14,278 nucleotides of DNA from Pseudomonadota bacterium (GTDB lineage: Bacteria > Bdellovibrionota > FAC87 > UBA2466). The notes under the pieces were generated by a model. The model was not told the origin of the DNA. It worked only from the letters and a program-made list of their open reading frames with translations, and made no database searches. Of the stretch, positions 6,929 to 14,278 are shown piece after piece. The stretch's first letter is position 1. Every line of letters starts with the position of its first letter. The position numbers were made by a program, and so were the translations under genes. The stretch covers positions 1 through 14,278 of the forward strand of contig JAYSWN010000046.1 of the NCBI GenBank assembly GCA_043718025.1, read 5' to 3'.

Positions 6929-8641
6929 TTAGTTCGGGCGAAAGCGGAAGGTGAGCTCGAAGTCTACGTTGCGATCATTTCGACTGATTTTCACCGGCGT
7001 GGGATCAATCAAGAGACGCAGGGTGAGGGCGGATTTCAAAAATTCTTGCACCGTTTCGGGGCTATTAGAAAGGCCCTTTAGGGTTAGCACGTTGTCTCTA
7101 TAGGCCAACGATTTTAGTTGGATTTGTGATGGCAAGACTGAGAACAGCTCTTTCAAAGCGCTGCTCATCTGCCACGATCGTCCTTCAATCACCTTCACTA
7201 AACTCAACTTTTTGTCAGTCAGGGCTTCTTTTTTTCGGGCGTTTTCAATGAAGTCTTTTAGCGGTCCTAATGTGGCAATCTCACGTTTCTTTTCTTGAAG
7301 TTGCTTAGTGGTGCCCATGCGCGCCCAAATTGGATACCCGGCCAAGGCCCCCAAAATTAGAATGCCTCCCAAAACGGCCAGCACCTTCGGATTTACGAAC
7401 GAGAAACGATCCAACGTTCCGCCCAGGCTGATCCGGGTAGTGGGGCGAAGGCGTTTAAGGTTTGAGAACAGTGTCTTAAAATTCTTAAGCGAATCTCTCA
7501 TGTTCCGCATGGCTTCTTGAGAGCCGGCGGGCATCAAATTAATTTTGAGGTCGTTCTTCTCAGATAAAGTCGCGCCCAAGGCGGCCACGGTTTCCACTGG
7601 AACCAGCTGGTCTACGGGCAGGGCACGAAGGCCCAAGTCGGCCGAAAGGCTTTCGGTAATCCGGAACAGAGTGGCGCCGACCGACACCAGGCAAAAGTGG
7701 GTGGGCAGATCAATTCCATTTTCGTTACAGCCCGAAAAAAGCTGGGTTTTAAGCTGTTGGCCAAGCGGTACGTAAACGTCGTGAATCGCCTGATTGGCAA
7801 GCACGCGGCGCTCGCGAACTTCAACCGTATTGGCTCCGAGAACCGGCGAATCTTGGTTGTCTACCGGAGGGGGAACGCGAGTCTGCAGCAAACGATCTAA
7901 AAAGGAGTTGATGCCGATTGGCAGGCGAGGGGCCACCAGGCGACCATCTGCACTCAAGATCATGAGGTAGCAATGGTCCCAATCGAGTAACACTAAAAGA
8001 CGGGTGGCGTTTTCAAGCTTCGCGCGCTGCCAAATAAAATTGGCCGATCGGGCCAAGCAGAGCAAGTCGAAATCCCAGCTCTTAATATTTACTTTCGCTT
8101 TTTTTAAAGGGCGAGCAATCTTATCGATGATCCCCTTTTGGATGGCGCCAACGAAATAGTCCACCTGTGCGTCCGCGGACTGTTTTTTGTTACCGTTGAT
8201 CTGAATGTCGCGGATGTCGTCCCAATCTTCGCCACTACTTTGCTTCAATTGAATTCGAAAGGCTTTGACCGCTTGCGGTCGGCCCAAGCGGGGAAGTCTT
8301 GCCAGCACGAAATGGCTGGGCTTTCCGCTGAGGGTCAGGTGAACGGGGAGTTTATTCTTTTTAGCTTCGGCCAGGGTTTTATCTAGGCCGTCAACCAGCT
8401 TATCAATGGCTTCGTGGCCTTGATTCAGAGGAAGGTGCTTAACGATCTGGCGCTTGGAGTTCAAATAAAGAATGTTGGTGCGTTCGGAACCAATGTGCAC
8501 TCCAACGTATTCTGCCGCCTGATTGCCTTCTACGGGCAGGGCGAGTTGAATCGTTTCAGACGTGCCCTTGATCGCTTCGCGAAATGGGCGAAGGACCGAA
8601 TAGAGTGCATCAAGTTCTTCTTGTGTTACCGCCCGTTTCAC
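6929..8641 (-). CDS. PilM-PilN fusion (GspL-like architecture) of a type IV filament system
   Basis: Degenerate actin-like PilM motifs (YVGVHIGS, RLPIGIN, FCLVSVGATL..ITESLSADLGL, AALGATL). These are followed by the PilN INLLP-like motif (INLMP, 7529-7543), one TM helix, a coiled coil and a PilN ferredoxin-like domain (LKELFSVLPSQIQLKSL..LTLKGLS..VQEF..FELTF). GTG start with AGGAG upstream. Confidence 0.78.
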   Translation of the reverse strand: MKRAVTQEELDALYSVLRPFREAIKGTSETIQLALPVEGNQAAEYVGVHIGSERTNILYLNSKRQIVKHLPLNQGHEAIDKLVDGLDKTLAEAKKNKLPVHLTLSGKPSHFVLARLPRLGRPQAVKAFRIQLKQSSGEDWDDIRDIQINGNKKQSADAQVDYFVGAIQKGIIDKIARPLKKAKVNIKSWDFDLLCLARSANFIWQRAKLENATRLLVLLDWDHCYLMILSADGRLVAPRLPIGINSFLDRLLQTRVPPPVDNQDSPVLGANTVEVRERRVLANQAIHDVYVPLGQQLKTQLFSGCNENGIDLPTHFCLVSVGATLFRITESLSADLGLRALPVDQLVPVETVAALGATLSEKNDLKINLMPAGSQEAMRNMRDSLKNFKTLFSNLKRLRPTTRISLGGTLDRFSFVNPKVLAVLGGILILGALAGYPIWARMGTTKQLQEKKREIATLGPLKDFIENARKKEALTDKKLSLVKVIEGRSWQMSSALKELFSVLPSQIQLKSLAYRDNVLTLKGLSNSPETVQEFLKSALTLRLLIDPTPVKISRNDRNVDFELTFRFRPN

Positions 8642-8646
8642 GAGGG

Positions 8647-10332
8647 TTACTCCTTGATATTGATGTGACCAATGGGTACCGAGATGGGGATACCCGCTTC
8701 GTCGTAAAATTTACCCAGGGCATCGTTACCTTGGCGATCGTAGTTTTCTTTAAGCTCATTGGTGACCACTTTGGGAGACAGCAGCACGACAATCTCGGTT
8801 TTTTGGTAACGATCGGAAGTTCCTCCGAACAAGCTGCCGAGCAGCGGCAGATCGCCTAAGATCGGGATGCGGTCGGTTTTGCGTTCGGTGCGATCTCTCA
8901 TCATGCCGGCAATGACAATTGTCTGACCGTTGCGGGCCAAGATTTTGCTCTCGGATTGGGTAGTGGTGGAATTCGGTGAACCGGTAAGAGCGTCGATGGT
9001 TCCATCTGACACTTCCGGTTTTACGTTCATGATAATGTCATTGTTGCCGGTGATGTGCGGTTTAATTTTGAGAATGGTTCCCACGGTTAAAAATTGAATG
9101 TTCTCGGCCGAGCCCGTTGACGAAACGGTAGTAGTTTTAAACCCGAGACGTTGTCCAAGGGTAATGGTGGCTTCGTTATCGGTAAGTGACAATACCCGGG
9201 GGCGGGCCAATAAATCAGTTTTTGATTTCGAGGAAACGGCCGAAATTACGCCGGTGACGCTTTGCCAAGTAAGGCCAAAGAACATGCCTTTTTGGTTGGG
9301 GTTGTTTGGTACCACTGGACTGAGCGCATTCGTACGGACATTATTGATTACTTGAGTGGCCGAGGTCGATCCGTTTTTGATCGTGCCGCTCCAATCAATG
9401 CCGTAGTCTAATGCGTCGCTGCGATCGACCTGGAGGATGGCAGATTCGACTTCGACGAGGCGCGGCTCGACGTCGAGTTGAAGCAGCATCGCCTCAACAT
9501 TTTTTAGGTATTCGTAGCGATCGATCATGAATAAAGAGTTGGTGTTGGGATCAATGCTGATCTGCGCGTCTTTACCGGCAATCTCACGAATGCGGGGCAG
9601 AATCTCAGAAACATCGACGTAACGAATTTTAAAGCTGCGGTAAGTGCGGGCTTCGTTGGCGGTACGGACGATGGTGACATCTCCCATGTGCTCAGCCCGG
9701 TACGCCGTGGGACGTAGTACCAAGTCGATCGCCTGTTCATAAGATAAACCGTCTAAACTAACGGTAACCGTGCCGTTAACGTTACTCGGCAACACTAAGC
9801 TCTTGTTGCTCTCGGCCGCTAGCGACCGAATCACCTTATCCAGGGGCGCACCACGAACGTTAAGGCTAACTTTTTTCGCGCGGGGTCCCGTTGAAGCGGC
9901 TTTGCGAAATGGGTCGTCAGGCACAAGGGCCAAGTCGTTTGAGTTTTGGCGCGCAAATGTAAACGAGTCTGTAGCATCGTGCCACAGGGTGAGGGTGCCC
10001 ACCCCGGTACGAGAGTCCATAATCACTAAAGCTTTTTTTACTCCGCGCCCTTTTTCATTGGTGAAGATGAATTCTTTTTGAAAATTTTGCGGTGAGTTAG
10101 ATTTCCAGCGAACTTCAGAAAGGGTGTTGTCCTTATTGTGGACCACTTGATATTGCGGGGTTTCTGGCGTGAAGCGAAGAATCAGTTTTTTGGTGATTCC
10201 TCGCTCTTCCATTAGAGCGCCGGCGAACGTGGGCACATTTTCTTTGGCCGTCGGAGTGGCGGCACAACCTTCTAAGAGAAGGGCCAGTACCAGCCCGCCG
10301 AAGATTTTAGATTTTAGAGATGTAGTTTTCAT
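8647..10332 (-). CDS. pilQ: Outer-membrane secretin (PilQ/GspD family) with a lipoprotein-type signal
   Basis: Signal ending LLLEG-C. N0 domain KVSLNVRGAPLDKVIRSLA..VNGTVTVSL..YEQAIDLVL and N3-like domain ISIDPNTNSL..LDVEPRLVEVES. Secretin domain LARPRV..DNEATITLG, VGTILKIKPHI, NGQTIVIAG and IPILGDLPLLGSLF. ATGA overlap with the upstream gene. Confidence 0.93.
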   Translation of the reverse strand: MKTTSLKSKIFGGLVLALLLEGCAATPTAKENVPTFAGALMEERGITKKLILRFTPETPQYQVVHNKDNTLSEVRWKSNSPQNFQKEFIFTNEKGRGVKKALVIMDSRTGVGTLTLWHDATDSFTFARQNSNDLALVPDDPFRKAASTGPRAKKVSLNVRGAPLDKVIRSLAAESNKSLVLPSNVNGTVTVSLDGLSYEQAIDLVLRPTAYRAEHMGDVTIVRTANEARTYRSFKIRYVDVSEILPRIREIAGKDAQISIDPNTNSLFMIDRYEYLKNVEAMLLQLDVEPRLVEVESAILQVDRSDALDYGIDWSGTIKNGSTSATQVINNVRTNALSPVVPNNPNQKGMFFGLTWQSVTGVISAVSSKSKTDLLARPRVLSLTDNEATITLGQRLGFKTTTVSSTGSAENIQFLTVGTILKIKPHITGNNDIIMNVKPEVSDGTIDALTGSPNSTTTQSESKILARNGQTIVIAGMMRDRTERKTDRIPILGDLPLLGSLFGGTSDRYQKTEIVVLLSPKVVTNELKENYDRQGNDALGKFYDEAGIPISVPIGHINIKE

Positions 10333-11258
10333 TTCACCACCACGGTTTTGACGGCCGTTCCACTTTTGAGGGTTACACTTTTGGACCGGGTATCCACGCG
10401 CACTATTTTCCAGCTTCCTATGGAATCGCCCTCTTCATAAATACTTTCGTCGGAGACCACGCTGGTACCGACAATCTTTTCAAATTTGGGAAGTTTCGGC
10501 AGGGCTCGACTGTGACCGCCACTGATAATTCGTGCGACTGGAGCCTGGGCCGCCGGTTGCGGCTGCACCGGCGTAGACACGAAGATGCCGCGAAACGCAT
10601 TGGGGTCGGTTTCACTCGCGACCGCCTCAGTGGGATTGGCCGTGGTCGTTTTTTCTTCCTTTTTATCCTTGGCCAGTTTTTCTTCCGGAACCCAGTCAGA
10701 CGGCGCCAAATAGAATTCAAAGAAGAGATTCGCCTTCAGAGTATCCGCCTGATTCTTTTCTTGCGGAACTTCGAACACAAAATCATTGATTCGGAACAAG
10801 CCGTTATATTTTTCCATGTGTTCAACGTAAGGAATCAGCATGGTTTGGTGCATACTGGCTTCGAATCGGTAGCGGGCGGCGCGTGGTTGCGAACTTGCGC
10901 TGCCGGGCAAACCAAAGCTTACCGGACTCACCGATGATTGCGTTGCCGACTGAAAGGCAATGGTGCCTGGATGGTCCCGATCGAACTGAGTAACAAAGTA
11001 GTCAAGCACTTCACTTGAATTGGTTTTGTCGGGGAGTCGCGCCTTTGCCTTACGGTCGGCATCTTCGATCTTCTTTTCCCAGGCTTTGTCGTACTGAGCG
11101 GCATCTAAGCGAACTTGTTGGATCTCTTTGCCAAGTTTTTCCGACTCCACTTTCATGGCTTCCGTCTCTTCAAGGTACGGCGCGCCCAAACGGTAAATAC
11201 CCACGCCGAATACGGCGACGGCTACTATTCCATTTTTTGCGATAGTCTTTACGTTCAT
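10329..11258 (-). CDS. PilO/GspM-like protein with a C-terminal PilP/GspC-HR-like beta domain (probable PilO-PilP fusion)
   Basis: N-terminal TM and coiled coil, then PilO-like RLPDKTNSSEVLDYF and YRFEASMHQTMLIPYVEHMEKYNGLFRINDF. A low-complexity linker with DPNAF leads to IYEEGDSIGSWKIVRVDTRSKSVTL. The gene sits between pilC and the secretin. Confidence 0.62.
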   Translation of the reverse strand: MNVKTIAKNGIVAVAVFGVGIYRLGAPYLEETEAMKVESEKLGKEIQQVRLDAAQYDKAWEKKIEDADRKAKARLPDKTNSSEVLDYFVTQFDRDHPGTIAFQSATQSSVSPVSFGLPGSASSQPRAARYRFEASMHQTMLIPYVEHMEKYNGLFRINDFVFEVPQEKNQADTLKANLFFEFYLAPSDWVPEEKLAKDKKEEKTTTANPTEAVASETDPNAFRGIFVSTPVQPQPAAQAPVARIISGGHSRALPKLPKFEKIVGTSVVSDESIYEEGDSIGSWKIVRVDTRSKSVTLKSGTAVKTVVVK

Positions 11259-11272
11259 GACTTAATTTACAC

Positions 11273-12511
11273 TTACTCGTTACTGCCCTTTGAAGAGGCG
11301 CTTAGTTTGAACAACGGTACGAAAACTGAGATAGCCACCATACAAATCAGGGTGGCGGAGAAGAGAAGCAGCAGTGGCTGTAGCACCGCTGTGGTCTTGC
11401 CTAAAAGTTCGTTGTACTGCTTTTTGTAGTACAGAAAGGTGTTTTCGAGCATCTTGTCGATGTGTCCGGTTTTTTCACCGACCACGAAAAGTTGAAGGGC
11501 CATGTCGGGAATTAGCTGACTACCTTCCATGGCTTTGGAGACTGGCTCCCCTTCTTTGACGCTATTGATGAGCTTTTCGAAAAACTTTCGCTTGGCTTCA
11601 CCGCGAATGGTCTCCTGGCAAATGCGTAAGCCTTCAAGTAAGGGAATGCCCGACTTGATAAGACTGGAGAGCGTCTTGGCGAACAGGGCGACGAACATGG
11701 CCACGAAAACATCTTTGATAAGGGGCAGCGATAGAAATAAATTGTCGCGTGCTTCGGAGGTTGCCTCGCTTTTGAAGAAGTAGGCAATTGAACCCACCAC
11801 GGCGCCAATGCCGCCAAGAATTGTGACCGTATTGCCGCGCAACTGATGGCTACAGTCGATGAAGAACTGAGTTAGAAACGGCAGTTTCACACCGAATCCC
11901 TTAAAGATCTCTTCGAACTGCGGGAACATAAACATCAGAAGACCGATTACCAGGACCAAAACCAGGGAAAGGAGGAAGACGGGGTAGGCCGCGGCCTTAA
12001 CCACCTTGCTGCGAATGTCCTGTTGTTCTTGGACCAGGTCCACCAGCTGATTGAGCGCGCCGTCGAGGTTACCGGACTTTTCTCCTACGCCAATGAGGTT
12101 GGTGTGGAGCGGAGGAAAGCTTTCAGGAAATTTTTGCAGGGCCAGGGAGAGGGGAAATCCTTCGGAAAGTTCAAACATCACCGTCTTTAATATTTCGCTT
12201 AGGCGAGGGTGTTTTAACTGGTCCCCCAACATCTTAATCGCGAGAAAGATGGGAATACCGGCCTTGATCAGAAAGCCCAACTGTTCGTAGAAGGTGAGTA
12301 CGAGTGCGATCGGCACCTTAGGTGCGCCGCCAAAAAGATTTAGGTTAAGGTCTTTCTTCTCGGCGCGCTTGTCGGCGACCGTCTTTACTTCAAGTATCGT
12401 CAGATTGCGTTGTTGAAGAATTTGCATCACTTCGCCTTCGCTCTGCGCTTCAACGTGATCGGAGATTTCTTTCCCCGATTTATCAATGGCTTGGTAGTGG
12501 TAAAAGGGCAT
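11273..12511 (-). CDS. pilC: Inner-membrane platform protein PilC/GspF
   Basis: MPFYHYQAIDKSGK..VEA, QLGFLIKAGIP, GEKSGNLD, AAAYP, LPFLTQ, TLSSLIKSGIPL, VGEKTGHID and QPLL..VFVPLF. Two T2SSF repeats and three TM helices. GAGG SD upstream. Confidence 0.96.
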   Translation of the reverse strand: MPFYHYQAIDKSGKEISDHVEAQSEGEVMQILQQRNLTILEVKTVADKRAEKKDLNLNLFGGAPKVPIALVLTFYEQLGFLIKAGIPIFLAIKMLGDQLKHPRLSEILKTVMFELSEGFPLSLALQKFPESFPPLHTNLIGVGEKSGNLDGALNQLVDLVQEQQDIRSKVVKAAAYPVFLLSLVLVLVIGLLMFMFPQFEEIFKGFGVKLPFLTQFFIDCSHQLRGNTVTILGGIGAVVGSIAYFFKSEATSEARDNLFLSLPLIKDVFVAMFVALFAKTLSSLIKSGIPLLEGLRICQETIRGEAKRKFFEKLINSVKEGEPVSKAMEGSQLIPDMALQLFVVGEKTGHIDKMLENTFLYYKKQYNELLGKTTAVLQPLLLLFSATLICMVAISVFVPLFKLSASSKGSNE

Positions 12512-12540
12512 AAGTGATTCCTCAAAACTCTTCTAGTGTC

Positions 12541-12567
12541 TTATCGTCCCCCGCCCTTTGCTTCTTA
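12541..12567 (-). promoter_or_regulatory. Sigma28 (FliA)-like promoter for the pilC operon
   Basis: The minus strand reads TAAG-N15-GACGATAA against the consensus TAAA-N15-GCCGATAA, with one mismatch per box and exact spacing. The -10 box ends 29 nt upstream of the pilC ATG. Confidence 0.7.
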
Positions 12568-12656
12568 AGTATTTAGAATAATGCGCGGTGTCTAGGTTTA
12601 GGGAGCGGGGGAGCGCTACTGGCCACTGAGGCTACGTTCTTTGCTGATTCACTACT

Positions 12657-12683
12657 TAATTTTTATGAGCTAATTGCCGAAAG
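12657..12683 (+). promoter_or_regulatory. Sigma28 (FliA)-like promoter for the cheX-like/pilB operon
   Basis: TAAT (12657-60), 15-nt spacer, GCCGAAAG (12676-83). The GCCGA core is intact and the spacing is exact. Confidence 0.6.
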
Positions 12684-12736
12684 GAGAGTGAGGCGGGCTC
12701 GTGAGATTTATCGAGCTTACCGTTGGAGAGAATTTC

Positions 12737-13276
12737 ATGCTGAATCTCGATCAGGTGAATCAAATTATCAATGCCGCACTGGTAACTCTGGAGACCCGAG
12801 TGGCGGTTGGTAAAGAGCTGAGCATTAGCAACCCCGAAGTCATTAAAACTTCGGGGGCTTACGGTAGTGTGATTCTCTGCGCTCTTTTTACGGGTGGGGT
12901 CGAGGGCCGACTTACCTGGACTTTGGATTGGGGCACCAGCTTCGCTATTTCTGAGGCCATTTCCGGACAGAAGGCCGATGGGTTTAATGAAGTGACCCAA
13001 CAAGCCCTAGAAGGGCTGTTCCACGAATTTTTGCAAGGAGTGGCGAATGCACTTTCCGAAAGTGGTTTACAGTTGGATATTCGCGTCTTGCCCACTCTAG
13101 TCGATACTAGCGTGTTGCTTAGCGAAGACGGAAATCCCGGCGCCATAAAAATCCCGCTAAATATGGACGGCGGAAACATAACTCTTTATTTATCATTAGA
13201 TGTCGGAACCACGCCCATCGTGGGGGCGGTTTCCGATCCCGAGGCTCCGAGCGTACCCGAGGCCGACGCCGCGTAA
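12737..13276 (+). CDS. CheX/CheC-like protein lacking the ExxN catalytic motif
   Basis: CheX-like pattern: VNQIINAALVTLE, ALFTGGVEGRLTWTL..TSFAISEAISG, QALEGLFHEFLQGVANALSESG.QLDI..PTLV, IKIPLNMDGGNITLYLSL. ATG 12737 has GGAG at 12725-28; GTG 12701 is an alternative start. Confidence 0.72.
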   Translation: MLNLDQVNQIINAALVTLETRVAVGKELSISNPEVIKTSGAYGSVILCALFTGGVEGRLTWTLDWGTSFAISEAISGQKADGFNEVTQQALEGLFHEFLQGVANALSESGLQLDIRVLPTLVDTSVLLSEDGNPGAIKIPLNMDGGNITLYLSLDVGTTPIVGAVSDPEAPSVPEADAA

Positions 13277-13308
13277 TTGATTTTGTATTTTATTGATAGA
13301 AATAAAAC

Positions 13309-14278
13309 ATGATTCAGCTCAAAGAAGGATTTTTTGAAGAGCAGCTTCAGGTTCGTTACAAGATAACGCCTGAACAGATTGCTCAAGCACAAAAACTCAA
13401 TGCGAAGAACCGTCATGGGCTGTTGACGAACCTTCAGCAATTGGGAGTGATCTCTGAAAAGCAGATGATCGAAGTACAGGTTGAGCTATTTGGGACGAAC
13501 TTGCTCCAGCTCAAAAATCACCCCCTTAAAAAAGACGTGGTGGAGCTTATCCCCGAAGACATTCGCGGCCGCCAACAAATTGTTCCGGTAACGCTGGTGG
13601 GTAACATTCTCACTGTAGCCACGGCATCCATTTTCCAAGCTCAGCAGGCATTGCCTGAAATTCAAAAGCACACGAACCATTTCATTCATTTTGTTTTGGC
13701 GTTTCCCTCAGAAATTAACAAGCGTTTGCTCGAGTACTCGAAAACCGAAGCGAACATGGACGAGATGCTCGAAAAGCGCTCGGCGGAGCTGACCGCAACG
13801 AGCGATACCGAGGTGAAGCGCTCTACCGAGGATCCCCATGGCCCGGTGGCCAAGGTGATCGAGTTTTTGGTAAATCAGGCCGTCACTTCCGGGGCCAGCG
13901 ACATGCATTTTGAGCCGCTGGCGACTTACTACCGCGTCCGTTTTAGGCAAGACGGCATTCTCCGCGAGGTTAAGAAGTTCGACAAGGTATTTACGGCCCC
14001 GTTCGCCGCCGCGGTCAAGATCATGGCGAAGTTAGACATTGCGGAATCTCGATTGCCACAAGACGGAACCTTTAGGCAGGCCATCGGAAACCGATTGGTC
14101 GACTTTCGCGTAGCCACCTATCCCACGGAACAAGGCGAGAAGATCGTGGTTCGGGTGCTCGATAGCTCAAAGAGCGCGGTGAGCATCGATAACCTCATGC
14201 TTCCCCCCAGCGAGAAGAAAAAACTTTTGCAGATGATTGAGAATCCCTACGGCTTAATCGTGGTTGCCGGCCCTACGG
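13309..14278 (+). CDS. pilB: PilB/GspE-family assembly ATPase, 3' truncated by the window end (absent from the ORF track)
   Basis: My translation from ATG 13309 is open to the window end: MIQLKEGFFEEQ...ELIPEDIRGRQQIVPV...LTVAT...PVAKVIEFLVNQAVTSGASDMHFEP...RVRFRQDGILRE...KIMAKLDIAESRLPQDG...DFRVATYPTEQGEKIVVRVLD...PYGLIVVAGPT. It ends at the start of the Walker A motif. Confidence 0.95.
   Translation, partial: MIQLKEGFFEEQLQVRYKITPEQIAQAQKLNAKNRHGLLTNLQQLGVISEKQMIEVQVELFGTNLLQLKNHPLKKDVVELIPEDIRGRQQIVPVTLVGNILTVATASIFQAQQALPEIQKHTNHFIHFVLAFPSEINKRLLEYSKTEANMDEMLEKRSAELTATSDTEVKRSTEDPHGPVAKVIEFLVNQAVTSGASDMHFEPLATYYRVRFRQDGILREVKKFDKVFTAPFAAAVKIMAKLDIAESRLPQDGTFRQAIGNRLVDFRVATYPTEQGEKIVVRVLDSSKSAVSIDNLMLPPSEKKKLLQMIENPYGLIVVAGPT

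Noticed and set aside
12629..12645. Sigma54-like AGGCTACGTTCTTTGCT upstream of the cheX-like gene
   Set aside because: GG and GC are 11 nt apart instead of the required 10, and the -24 box is poor.
12580..12650. GC-rich stretch between the divergent promoters as a tRNA or ncRNA
   Set aside because: No cloverleaf, T-loop motif or convincing stable structure could be identified.
12667..12720. CCGAAAGG as the GNRA hairpin of a c-di-GMP-I riboswitch
   Set aside because: The flanking GCAAA elements and P2/P3 pairing are absent; the sequence is better explained as a sigma28 -10 box.

Overview
Bacterial chromosomal window from a diderm; no RNA genes, mobile elements or CRISPR arrays were seen. The left half holds housekeeping and accessory genes: a secreted clostripain-family (C11) protease, an Sfp-type phosphopantetheinyl transferase, a sigma54-driven small secreted protein, mscL, a SPOR-cupin-manC operon, a membrane fatty-acid desaturase and a response regulator. 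The right half (6929-14278) is the most unusual part, a compact and rearranged type IV filament (T4P/T2SS-like) locus. The minus-strand operon reads pilC, a probable PilO-PilP fusion, a lipoprotein secretin and a PilM-PilN fusion. It diverges from a CheX-like gene lacking the ExxN catalytic motif and a PilB/GspE ATPase gene that is truncated by the window end and missing from the ORF track. Both arms carry sigma28 (FliA)-like promoters with exact 15-nt spacing. No pilin or prepilin peptidase lies in the window. Several genes look leaderless. All calls come from motif recognition by eye; no searches were run.
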